Positions 13,518 through 30,478 of a stretch of DNA of 64,000 bases are shown one piece after another. The position numbers and the translations under genes are program-made. A model generated the notes under the pieces. That model saw only the letters and a program-made list of their open reading frames with translations. It was not told the DNA's origin and ran no database searches. This stretch comes from the human T2T-CHM13v2.0 reference genome, Homo sapiens, in assembly GCF_009914755.1 (NCBI RefSeq), contig NC_060931.1; one strand, given 5' to 3'. Every line of letters begins with the position of its first letter. Position 1 is the first letter of the stretch.

Positions 13518-13803
13518 TTTTGAGACAGATTCTTACTCTAAAGCCCAGGCTGAAGTGTAGTTGTGCTATCTCAGCTCACTGCAACCTCCACCTCCAGGGT
13601 TCAAGTGATCCTCCTGCCTCAGCCTCCTGAGTAGCTGGGATTACAGGTGTGCACCATCACACCTGGGTAATTTTTGTATTTTTGATAGAGATGGGGTTTT
13701 GCCATGTTGGCCAGGCTGGTCTCAAACTCTTGACCTCAAGTGAGCCGCCCACCTCAGCCTCCCAAAGTGCTAGGATTACAAGTGTGAGCCACCGGGCCTG
13801 GCC
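13518..13803 (-). mobile_element. Alu (Sz/Jb-like) in L1 ORF2
   Basis: Both antisense arms present; degenerate TSD around 'tgtggaa'. Confidence 0.9.
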
Positions 13804-15199
13804 AAAGGTGTGGAAATTAAATAACACAAATGATGAATGAATTACAGAAATTGCGAATGAAATTAGAAAATATCTTGAGATATTTTCTCAAGATACCAAA
13901 CCTATAGGATACAGCAAAAGCAGTGCTCAGAGGCAATATGTAAGTATAAAATGCTTACATTTAACAAAATCCCAAAGCAATAATCTAACTTTACATCTTA
14001 AGGTGCTAGAAAAAGAAAATCCAGCTAAACCGAAAGTTGGGAGAAGAAAGGAGATAGTAAAGATTGGAGCAGAGGTAAACAAAATGGAGAATAGAAAACA
14101 ATTGAGAGATTCAACATACCCAAAAGTTGGTTTTTTATCTGCAGAATTGGCAAAACTTTGGCTAGTTTGACCATGGAAAAAAAGGGAGAAGACTCAAATT
14201 AGGAAAATCAGAAATGAAAATGGAGGCTACAGATCTTACAGAAATAAAAAGGATTATGAGAATACTATGAATAATTGTACATCAACAAATTAGATAACTC
14301 TACATGGAACAAACAAATTCCTAGAGACACACAAACTATTAAAACTCATTCAAAAACAAATAGAATACTTGAACAGAACTACAAAAGTAAAGAGATTGAA
14401 TCAGAAACCTCCCAACAAAGAAAAGCCCTAGATCTGAAGGCTCCCTTGGTGAATTCTAATGATCCTCTTAAGAACCTCTAACAGAAATCTTTCTTGAACT
14501 CTCCCAAAAAATGGAAGCAGAAGGAATATTTACTAGCTTATTCTATGAGTCAGATATCAAAGGCAGATAAAGACATCATAAAAATTATAGACTCTTATTC
14601 CTATAAATACAAATGCAAAAATCCTGAACAAAAACAAACAAACTAAATCTAGCAGCATATTAAGAGGATTGTATTATACATCATGACCAATTTGGATATA
14701 CTCCAGAAATGAGAAGGAAGATTCAATACGTAAAAATCAATCAGCATAATATTAGAAGGACAGATAAAACCCCATGTGATCATCTTAATTGAGGCCAAAA
14801 AAGCATATAACAAAATCTCAAACACTTTCATAATAATAACACCCAACATACTAGGAATAGAAGGAAACTCTTTCAAAGCAATAAAGGCCGTTTATAAAAA
14901 ACACAGCTAACTTTATACTTAATTGTGAAAGACTGAAAGCTTTTCCCCTAAGACCATGGTGCCTGCTTTCACCACTTCTATTCCACATTATACTGGAACT
15001 TCTAGCCAGAACACTTAGGTAAGACAATGAAAATAGAAAGCATCCAATAGGAAAGAAGGAAGTGAACTTACTTCTACTTGCAGATGAAACAATCTTATAT
15101 GTAGATAAACCTGAAGACATACCAAAAAAGTCCAAAACTATTAGAGTTACTAAATAAATTCAGGCAAGTTGCAGGATATAAGCTTAACACACAAAAATA

Positions 15200-17100
15200 A
15201 GTTCAAAATTATAAACCATTAATAAATGAAATACAGACAACACAGATAAATGAAAAGACATCCCATGTTCCACCCATGTTCATGGATTAGGAGAATATTG
15301 TTAAAATGTCCATACTACCAAAGTGATCTATAGATTCAATGAAATCCTTTCAAAATCTCAATATCATTCTTTATAAAAATAGAAAAAGTCCCCAAATTCA
15401 TATGAGACCACAAAAGATCCCAAATATCCAAAGCAATCAAGAACAAAGCTGGAGGCACCTCACTCCTCAATTTCAAAATACATTACAAAGCTATACTAAT
15501 CAAAACAGTATGATATTGGTATAAATACAGAGATAAAAAAATCAATGGAATAGAATAGAGAGCCTAGAAATAAATCCATATATTTAAAATCAACTGATCT
15601 TCAACAAGGATACCAAAAGCACACAATGGGTAAAGGATAATATCTTCAAAGAATGATGCTGGAAAACTGGATACCCACATGCAAAAGAATGAAGTTGGCT
15701 CTTTATCTCACCCCATATAAAAACCAATTCAAAATACTTAAAGGCTAAAATGTAAGACCTGAAACTATAAAACTACTAGAAGAAAACATAAGGGAAAATC
15801 TCCACTGTGTTGGTCTTGGCAATGATTTTTTTGCGCAGGCAACAAAAGCAAAAATATACAAGAGGATTGTGTCAAACTAAAATGCTTCTATCCAGCAAAA
15901 GAAACAATCAACAGAGTGAAAAAGCAACCTATAGAATGGGAGAAAATATGTGTAAACCATACATATGTTAAGGGTTAATATCCAAAATATATAAGAAACA
16001 CATACAAGTCAATAGCAAAAACCAACCAACCAACCAAACAAAAACCCCCAAATTATCCAATCAAAAATAGGCAAAGGACCTGAACAGAAAATTTTCAAAA
16101 GAGGACGTACAAATGGCCAACAGATACAGAAATAGGTGCTCAGCATTGCTACTTATGAGGGAAATGCGAATCAAAACCACAGTGAGATATCACTTCATGC
16201 CTATTAGAATGGCTACTATCAAAAAGACCAAAGATAACAAGTCTTGTTGACAATGTGGAGAAAATGAGGATTCTGCAAAAGATTAAAAGTAGAACTACCA
16301 TATGATCTAGCACTTCTAGTATATATCCAAAGGAAATGAAATCTGGATCTCAAAGAGATATATGCACTCCCATGTTCACTGTGGCATTATTCACAGTAGC
16401 CAAGATATGGAAACAACCTAATGGCTGAATGGGTAAAAAAAAAAATGTGGTGTGTGTGTGTGTCTGTCTCTGTGTGTGTGGTGTATGCATGTGTGTGTGT
16501 GTTTGTGTGTGTGTGGTGTGTGCATGTATGTGTGTGTCTGCGTGTGTGGTGTGTGCATGTGTGTGTGTGTGCACACAATAGGATATTATCCAGCCTCTAA
16601 AAAGACAGAAATACTGCCATTTGCAATTACATGGATGAGCCTGGAGGACATTATGCTAAGTGAAATAAGCCAGACACAGAAAAAGAAATGTTGCATCACT
16701 CATATGGATACTAAAACAGCCAAACTCATAGAAGCAGAGACTAGAATGGTGGTTGCTGGGATTGGGGGTGAGAGTGAGAAGGAAATGAGCAGACATTGGT
16801 CAAAGAGTATAAAATTTCAGTTATGCAAGATGAATTTGTTCTGGAGTTCTAATATACAGCATGGTGAATACAGTTAACAATACTGTATTGTATACTTGAA
16901 ATTTGCTAAAATGATAGATCTTGTGTTATCATCACACATAAAAAAGAAAGAAAATGGTAACTATGTGAGGTGATAGATATGTTAATTAGCCTGATCATGG
17001 TGATAATTTTACAATACATACATTTATCACAATATCTAGTTGCATATTTTAAAAATATACAATTCCTATTTGTCACTTATACTTCAATAAGGCTGAAAAT
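15200..17100 (+). mobile_element. L1MA (L1MA8/9-like) 3' portion nested in the L1MB
   Basis: ORF2 C-terminal region plus L1MA 3' UTR 'aatactgtattgtatacttgaaatttgctaa...atggtaactatgtgaggtgat'. The same ORF2 region recurs at 17100-18200, indicating two elements. The 5' boundary is approximate. Confidence 0.7.
16446..16571. repeat. Imperfect (TG)n microsatellite
   Basis: Directly visible. Confidence 0.95.
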
Positions 17101-18209
17101 AAGCAGTAGTTATCAACGCAGTGTGGTACTGGCATAAAGATAGACATAGATCAATGGAATAGAATCAAGAGTCCAGAAATAAACCCCATACTTTTATGGT
17201 CAACTGATTTTGAACTGGGTGCCAAGACCATTCAATGGGGAAAGAATTGTCTCTTCAACAAGTGGAGCTGAGAGAACTGAATATTCACATGCAAAATAAG
17301 GAAGTGGGATCGCTACCTTATACCTATATAAAAACTAATTCAAAATAGATCAAATGGCTAAATGTAAGAGCCAAAACTATAAAGCTATTCAAAGAAGACA
17401 TAAAGATAAACCTTCATGACCTTGTATTTGGCAATGGATTCTTAGATATAACATTAAAAGAACAGCAACAAAAGAGAAAACTGACAAACTAGACTCATCA
17501 AAATTAAAAACTTTTGTGAACCAAAGAAGACTATCAAGAAAATGAAAATACAACCTACAGAATGGAAGAAATTTTTGCAAGGCATATATTTAATAAGAGT
17601 CTAGTATCCACAATATACCAAGAACTTGCACAACTCAACAATAAAAAGACAAACAATCCAATTAAAAAATGGGCAAAGTATTTGAATAGACATTTCTCTA
17701 AAGAAGATATATAAATTAGCGACAAGAACATGAAAAGATGCCCAACATCATTCTTTATTTGGGAAACACAAATCAAAACCACAATGTGATACCACTTCGT
17801 ACCCACTAGGATAGCTAATTAGAAAATGGAAAATAAGTTTTTGCAAGGATAGGAGAAACTGGAACACTTGTACATTGTTAGTGGGAATGTAAAATGGCTC
17901 AGCTACTGTAGAAAACTGTTTGGGAATTTCCCAAAAAGTTAAACATAGAATTACCATATGACCAGTAATTCCACTTCTAGGTATATACTCAAAAGAACTG
18001 AAAACGGATATTCAAACACTTGCACATAAATGTTCATAGCAGCACTATTTCCAAAAGCTAAAAAATAGGAACAACCCAAATGTCTATCAGCTGAGAATGG
18101 ATAAACAAAATATGGTATATCCATACAATGAACTGTTATTGAGTCATGAAAAGAATAAAGTATCGACACATGCTACAACATGGATGAATCTTGATAATAA
18201 AATGCTCGT

Positions 18210-19108
18210 CGGACCACCTTCCTAGCTTGGGGTGTCATCTTTGAAGTGTCTCCTCGGCTTTGGGAGTGATCAGATGGCTCTGCCACAGCCTCTGTCCCCT
18301 TGTGACCTACAGGTACTGGGAGATCCGTAAATAAGACGACAGAACACCCTGGAAGCTGGGAAATGGGACTGTTGACATTCAGGAATGTGACCAAAGAATT
18401 CTCTCTAGGTAAGTGAGAATGACTGGACCCTGCTCAGTGGAAATTGTATAGGAATGTGATGTTAGAACTACAGAAACCTGGTCTTCCTTTTTGTCTTGTT
18501 CTCCAAGCTGAACCTGATCACCTATCTGGAGCAAAGGAAAGAGCCCTGGGATGCGAAGAGGCAGGAGATAGTAGCTAAAGCCCCAGCTACGTATTCTTAT
18601 TACAACCAAGGTTGTTTGTCAGAGCAAAGCATAGAAGATTCATTCCGAAAAGTGATACAGAGAAGATATGGGAGCTGTGGCCTTGAGAATTTACACTTAA
18701 GAAAAAACTGGGAAAGTATGGGTAACTATGAAGGGCAAAAAGAATGTTATAATGCATATAACCAGTGTCTGATAACTACTCTTAACAATAATTTAAGTGC
18801 CAAAGGAGACTAAGAACATAAAATATCTCAGAAGAAACCTCAATTTATGTCTGCTACTTCTACAGAACCCTGTTTTTTTTTTCTTTTGGTAAGAATCAAC
18901 ATTAATTTTTGAAATTTTTTTTGTAATGAAAATCAGGAAAACTTTAACAATGGCTCACATGTTAGTAAACATCAGAGTGCTCATTTTTCAGAGAACTTTT
19001 ACAAATGTAACAAATGTGGGAAAGCCTTTCACCAATCCACAAAATTATTACCAGAGTATTGATATTCAACAGATGTCTTACAAATGTAACGAATGTGGTA
19101 AAACTTAA
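18210..19108 (+). pseudogene. Processed KRAB C2H2 zinc-finger pseudogene, ZNF519-like
   Basis: KZNF-type 5' UTR ('gtgacctacaggtactgggagatcc...cctggaagctgggaaATG', ATG at 18363). Joined without introns to KRAB-A (MGLLTFRNVTKEFSLGK*E*LDPAQWKLYRNVMLE, frameshift, NYRNLVFL), KRAB-B (SKLNLITYLEQRKEPWDAKRQEIVAKAP), spacer (YSYYNQG...RYGSCGLEN...KNWES...EGQKECYN...KGD*EHKISQKKPQFMSATSTEPC) and degenerate fingers (YKCNKCGKAF, YKCNECGKT). The spacer closely resembles ZNF519 as I recall it. Confidence 0.9.
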
Positions 19109-19504
19109 TTTTTTTTAACTTTTAATTTTTATGGTACACAGTAGGTGTATACTTGTAGGATACACGAGATGTTTTTGTACAGGTGTGCAATGTGTAAATT
19201 GGGTATCCATCCCCTCAAGTGTTTATCCTTGGTGTTACAAACAATTCAATTATACTCTTTTAGTTATTTAAAAATGTATAATTACATTGTTATTGACTAT
19301 CGTACCCCTGTTATGATATCAAATACTAGGTTTTATTCATTCTCTCTAAATACTTTTTTTGTACCCATTAACCATCCCCACCTTGCCCCTAGCCCTCACT
19401 ACCCTTGCCAGTCTCTGGTAACCATCCTTCTATTCTCTATCTCCATGAGTTCAATTGTTTTGATGTTTAGATCTCACAAATAAATGAGAATATATGATGT
19501 TTGT
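19109..19504 (-). mobile_element. L1MA1/2-like 3' end, antisense
   Basis: T-rich start, 'gggtatccatcccctcaag', 'gtacccattaaccatcccc', 'ctctggtaaccatccttctattctctatctccatgagttcaattg'. Confidence 0.85.
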
Positions 19505-20094
19505 AGAAAAAAAGAGAGGAAAATATAATGCTCGTTGAAAGACCCAGACACCATAGGTTACATATTGTATGATTCCATTTACATTAAATACCTAGATAGG
19601 TAAAGCCATAGAGACAGAAAGCAGATTAGAGGTTGCCACGGGCTGGGGGTCAGAGGAGAAAGAGACAGTGACTGCCTAATGGATACAAGGTTTTATTTGG
19701 GGCTGATGAAATGTTTTGGGACTACAGGTGATACTTGCACAACATTGTGAATATACTAAATGCCACTGGTTTGTACACTTTAAATTGGCTAATTTTATGA
19801 TAGGTAAATTTTACTTTAATTTTTTAAAAAAGAAGGCAGCCAGAGTAAGACAGGGCACCCCGATGTCCAGAGTGGAGTTGGCTGTAGGTGAGCAGGTGAG
19901 GGGATAAAATTATGGGGGAGATGGGACCTCTTCCTAGGGTATTTGTTATCTGTGTGGAGGTAGCAGGTAGTTGTGAGTGAGCAGGATGTGGAAGGCTCTG
20001 TAGTGGAAGACTCCAGTGCCGACTTCACAAGAAAAGCACATCCAAAAGGACAGGGTGGACATTCGTCTAGGCTGATTGGCATTTTCAGTGTGCC

Positions 20095-20235
20095 CTGCTC
20101 TGTAACGTGTAGGACTGGGAGCCTGTTGGAAATGCAGAATCTCAAGCCCTGTTCCAGACTCCCTGGATTAGAATCAGGTGTGATAATATCATCATGTGAT
20201 CTTTAGGCACGTTAAAGTTTGAAAAATGTTGTAGA
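20095..20235. mobile_element. MER5-type hAT MITE remnant
   Basis: 'gaaatgcagaatctcaagccc...agaatc...gcacgttaaagtttgaaaa'. Confidence 0.55.
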
Positions 20236-20444
20236 GAAAACAAAGCCCCAAATGTTTCATTGAACTTGACTAATCCATAACAAATTTCCTTGGGAATGAG
20301 GCAGAGAGGGAGTGAGTATTTCCTGGTTGAAACACAGAGAAACTGTTCCCAGATACAAGTCTGCCCAATATTTGCCTTTCATGGTAGCATTTATTTCAGG
20401 AGCTGAAACACCAAAATGAACACATTGAAAACCTAAAGGTATGT

Positions 20445-20741
<297 letters not shown>

Positions 20742-21584
20742 TCCTAAAGGTATGTATGTCAATTTTTACAATGCTTGAAAATTGGGAAATAAAGAAAAGT
20801 TGAAAAAAATAAACATGTCAATCATAATCCCATCTCCAAGAGATAACCAGTATTAACATCCTGCTTTTGCAGACATCCTACACAGCCTAAGGATTGGCTG
20901 AAGATGTACCCGTGAGAGCCTTCTCCTCTAAGTGTGGTCATGTGCCCCAAAAGGAACTGAGGGACTTTCAAAAAGATGCTCTCTCTACATTGCATCTCTG
21001 TCACCAGACTCCTGTCTCTCTCTCTAGACCAGCTGCTTGGAAGGAGCAAGCTGCCCACAGTATGTTCAGTCACAGGGAGAGACACTTCTCTGCATTGGAG
21101 CCAACGTTTATGGAGAAAGAAGAGCTCAGCCTGGGTCATGTTCCCACTGGATCACTGCACTAGCATGGTACCTTAGGCTGTAGTTATGTGGGTGGACCAG
21201 GGATGGGCACAGTGAGATTGCTTTAGAATTCTACTGCAAGACTAAAACATAGATAGTTCAAGGAAATATTGAGGGATTTATGTAAAGTAAACTAGGTTTA
21301 GTTAAAATTGACTTATTTTGGACACATGAATCTGTTTAGTTTCTAAGAAAAGATGATGAGAATGTAGGATTATCCTTGTCACATTCAGAGTAATAAGAAA
21401 GATACTAATGCTAACTTTAAGAATTTGGAACCAGTTTTCACTAAAATATTCTTATATCTGAAATGCCTAAAAAGTTGTTTTGTAACTTTTTATTTTGAAA
21501 TAATTATAGATTCCCAGGAAGTTGCAAAAATGGGAAAGAGAGGTTGTGTGCACCTGTTACTCAGTTTTTCCCAGTGGATACATC

Positions 21585-23140
21585 TGATATGGTTTGGATG
21601 TTTGTCCTTTCCAAATCTCATGTTGAAATGTGACTCCCAGTGTTGGAGGTGGGGCATAGTGGGAGGTGACTGAATCATGGGAGTCAATCTCTTGTGAATG
21701 GCTTAGCACTATTCCCTTGGTGATAAGTGAGTTCTTGCTCAAGTAGTTCATGTGAGATCCGGTTGTTTAAAAGAGTCCAGGATCTCCCCCTTCTCTCTCT
21801 CTTGCTCCATTTTGCCACGTGTCACTGGCTCCTCATCACCTTCTGGCATGATTGTGAGTTTCCTGAGGCATCACTAAAGAGCACATGTTGGCACCATGCT
21901 TTACAGCCTGCAGAGCCACGTGCCAAAATAAAGTTTTTTTCCTTATAAATTGCCCAGCCTCTGGTCTGCCTTTAGAGCAGTGGTCCCCAACCTTTTTGGA
22001 ACCAGGGATTGGTTTTGTGGAAGACAAGTTTTCCATGGACTTGGGGTGGGGGGTGGGGGGGCATTAGATTTTCATAAGGAACATGCAACCTCAATCCTTC
22101 ACATGTGCGGTTCACAATAGGGTTTGTGCTCCTATGAGAATCTAATGCTGCTCCTGATCTGACAAGAGGTGGAACTCAGTCAGTAATGCTCACTTACCTG
22201 CTGCTCACCTCCTGCTGTGCGGCCTGGTTCCTAACAGGCCACGGACCAGTACTGGTCCATGGCCCTGGGGTTGGAGACCCTTGCTTTAGAGCAACATAAA
22301 TGGACTAACACAAAGAACAGATACTAATAATTGGGGCATTGCTATAAAGATACCTGAAAGTGCAGAAGCAGCTTTGGAACTGGTTAACAGGCAGAGACTG
22401 GAAGAGTTTGGAGGACTCAGAAGACAGGAAGATGAGGGAAAATTTGGAAGTTCTTGAAGACTGGTTAAATGGTTCTGACCAAAATCATAGAAATGTGGAC
22501 AGTGAAGGCCAGGCTGATGAGGTCTCAGATGGAAATGAGGAAGTTACTGGAAACTAGAGTAAAGATCACCTATTTTATGCCCTAGCAAAGAACTTAGCTG
22601 CATTGTGTCCAAGCCCTAGGGATCTGTGGAAACTTGAAGTTAAGAGTGATAACCTAGAGTATCTGATGGAAGAAATTTCTAAGCAGCAAAACATTTGAGA
22701 TGTGGTATGGTTGCTTCTAACTGCCTACAACCAGATACGGGAGCAAAATAGTGAATGTAAAAATTTGAATATAAAAATTTGAAAAATTTGCAGCCTGGCC
22801 CTGTGGTAGAGAAAGTATCCAAGCAGGCTAATTAAAAGGGAACCAAGTGCTAATATCCAAGACAATAGAAAAAAAGACTTGAAGGCATTTCAGAAGTCTT
22901 CAGGACAGCCCCTCCTATCCCAGGCCTAGAGGCCTGGGAAGAAAGAATGGTTTCAGGGGCCAGGTCCAGGATACTGCTGTCCTGCTTACCCTCAGGACAC
23001 TACTGCCTGCATTCCAGCCACTTCAGCTCTAGCCTTTCGTCAAAGTGGCCCAAGTACAGCTTGGGTTGCTGCTCTGGAGGGTGCAAACTATAAGCTTCGG
23101 TGGCTTCCACATGGTGTCAAGCAGGTGTAAAGAATGGAAG
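21585..23140 (+). mobile_element. MSTA (MaLR) 5' LTR (21585-22312) plus truncated MST-int
   Basis: 'tgatatggtttggatgtttgtcc...aaatctcatgttgaaatgtga' through 'tggactaacaca', then internal sequence 'ggggcattgctataaagatacctgaaa'. Confidence 0.9.
21978..22283. mobile_element. MER1B hAT-Charlie MITE inside the MSTA LTR
   Basis: TIRs 'cagtggtccccaacc' and 'ggttggagacccttg'; perfect 8-bp TSD CTTTAGAG at 21970-21977 and 22284-22291. Confidence 0.92.
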
Positions 23141-27558
<4,418 letters not shown>

Positions 27559-30214
27559 GACATTTTATATTTAAAACTATGATCCATTTGAGTTAATTTT
27601 ACAAAAAGTATAAGGTTTAAATCAAAGTAATTTTTTTTTTTGGCTATGGCTGTCTAAATGCTCCAGTGCCATTGTTGAAAAGGCTATTTTCCCCTCTACT
27701 TAGATTCTTGCTCTTTTCTAAAAATTCAGCTGGATGTATTTGTGAGCATATTTCTGGGTTCTTTATTCTGTCCACTGATCTATGTGTCTATACCTCTGCA
27801 ACACTATACTGTCTCGATTACTGTAGCCATACCATAAGTCTTAGCATCAGGTAGAGTGATCTTTACATGTTTTCTTGCTTTGAAAAAAATTTTTAAGCTA
27901 GTTCCTTTCCCCTTACATATAAATTTTAGAATAAGCTGGTCAATATATGTAAAATATGTTATTGGGATTTTGGTAAAATTATATTAAGCCTATATATCAA
28001 TTCAGGGATAATTGAAGACTACTATATTGAGTCTTCCAATCCATGAGCATGATATATCTTGCAGTTTATTGAGACCTTCTTTGATTTCTTTCATCAGCAT
28101 ATTGTACCTTTTTGTGTACAAGCCCTGTCAATGCTTTATTAGAATTATTGCTTAGTATTTCATTTTTAAGTGATTGCAAAGGGTATTGATTTTTTTTATT
28201 TTGGTTCTAACATGTTAATTATTAGTATATAGAAATATATTTAATTTTTGTATCTTCATTTTGTGTCCTGAGACATTAGTGAACTCTTTTGTTAGTCTAG
28301 GGTTAAAAAAAAAATTCTTCGTGATTTTCTACATACTTTCTTTTCTTGCCTGTCTGGCTAGATTTTCATTACTATGTTAAATAAGAGTGCTGGGAGAAGA
28401 CATTATTGCTTTGTTCCCAATTAGGGGGAAAACATTAAGTCTATCACCATTATGTATGATATTACCTATAGGATTTTTTTTTCCTTGAGTAGATGTTCTT
28501 TATCAAGTACAGAAATTTCCTCTCCGTTCCTAGTTTTCAGAATGTCTTTATCATAAATTGGTGTTAAATTTTGTCAAGTGTTTTTCTGAATTTTTTGATA
28601 TTATCATATGATTTTTCTTCTTTAGAGTGTTCATATGGGGAATTGCATTGATTGAATTTCAAATACTGAATTAGCATTGTATCCCTGGAATAAAACTTAG
28701 TTGGTCATGCCATATAATTATTTTTATATATTGCTGAGTTTAATTTGTTAATAATTTATTAAGAACATTTGAATCTATGTTCCTGAGAGATTTGGGTGTA
28801 TATTTTCAGTTTTGGTACTATCTTTTTCTAATTTTGGTATCAAAGTACTACTGACCTCATAAAGTGAGTTGGGAAGTGTTTTCTCCTCTTCTCTTTTCTG
28901 GAGGAGATTTTGTAAAAATGTACTGTTTCTTCTATCAATATTTAGTAGAATTATGTGGTGAAATCAGTTAAGCTTGCAGGTTTCTTTTTTGTCTGTTTTT
29001 AAGTTGTGAATTTGATTCCTTTAATAGTTATAGGGATATTCAAATTATCTTCTTCATATTGAGTAATTTTGGTAGTTTGTGCCATTCAAAGATTGGTCTG
29101 TTTTATCTAAGTTGTCAAATTTTTGAGTGTTCTTTTTTCAAGTATTCTTTTATTATTCTTTTGATGCCTAGTAAGTGTGTAGTGATATTCCCTGTTCCAG
29201 TTTCAATATTAGTTGCATGTGTCTTCTCTGGGTTTTTTTTTTTTTGTCAGTCTTGATAGAAGTTGGTTAATTTTAATGGTCTTTTTTAAAAACTAGCTTT
29301 TTGTCACATTGATTTTTTCTGTTGCTTTTCTGATCATAATTTCACTGATATCTGTGCTTCTTAAAAGTATTTCCTTCATTGTGTTTCTTTGGGTTCATTT
29401 TTCTTTTATTCTAGTTTCTTGAAGTGGGAGCTTGGATTATGTAGTTGAGATTTTTCTTCCTTTTTAATGTAAGGATTCAATGCTATAAATTTCTCTTTTG
29501 GCACTGTTTTATCTGTGTCTCACAAATTTTAAGTCAGTTCTAAGTATTTTAAAAATTTCCCTGAAACTTCCTTTTTGAGTCATGGATTAGTTGTTTAATT
29601 TATCAGGGTGTGGAGATTTTCCAGTTATCTTTCTGTTATTGATTTCCAATATGATTCCACTGTGATCACAGAACTTACTGTGTATAATTTTAATTCTTTT
29701 TTGGTGAGGTTTGTTTATGGCTCAAGATATGGTGTAGCTTGGTAAATGTGTAAAAAATAATGTGCATTCTGCTGTAGTGAGGTAGAGTGTTCTAGAAATG
29801 CAAATTAGATCCTTTTGGTTGATGGTGTTGTTGAGTACTTCTATATTTATGATGACTAATTTTATGTGCAAACCTGGAGGGTATTTTTTGATGAAATTAG
29901 CATGTAAATCGCTGAACTTTGAGTAAAGCAGATTGTCTTACCTAGTGCAAGTGGGCCTTATCCAATCAGTTGAAGGCCTGCCCAGAACAAAAAGACCAGC
30001 CTCATCAAGCAAGAAATAATTCTCTGGGGGCGGTTCCAAGATGGCCAAATAGGAACAGCTCCAGTCCACAGCTCCCAGCATGAGCGATGCAGAAGACGGG
30101 TGATTTCTGCATTTCCAATTGAGGTACTGGGTTCATCTCACTGGGGCATGTCAGACACTGGGGGCAGGACAGTGGGTGCAGCCCACTGAGTGAGAGCTGA
30201 AGCAGGGCGAGGCA

Positions 30215-30478
30215 TCACCTCACCCAGGAAGTGCAAGGGATCAGGGAATTCCCTTTCCTAGCCAAGGGAAGAGGTGAAGGACGGCACCTGGAAAATTGGG
30301 TCACTCCTACCCTAATACTGTGCTTTTCCAACCATCTTAGCAAACGGCACACCAGGAGATTATATCCCGCACTTGGCTCAGTGGGTCCCATGCACATGGA
30401 GCCTCGCTCTTTGCTAGCGCAACAGTCTGAGATTGATCTGCAAGGCAGCAGCAAGGCTGGGGGAGGGGCGGCCACCAT
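30215..30478 (-). CDS. L1 ORF0 (antisense 5' UTR ORF), 87 aa, open
   Basis: MVAAPPPALLLPCRSISDCCAS...IRVGVTQFSRC is homologous to L1 ORF0; start context gcaATGG. Expression unknown. Confidence 0.6.
   Translation of the reverse strand: MVAAPPPALLLPCRSISDCCASKERGSMCMGPTEPSAGYNLLVCRLLRWLEKHSIRVGVTQFSRCRPSPLPLARKGNSLIPCTSWVR

Larger units (their letters stand above)
11950..19835 (+). mobile_element. Ancient L1M (L1MB-like) relic with multiple nested insertions
   Basis: 5'-like fragment near 11950, degenerate ORF2 (EN/RT) at 12770-15190 and 17100-18209, L1MB-type 3' UTR at 19520-19835. Confidence 0.75.
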
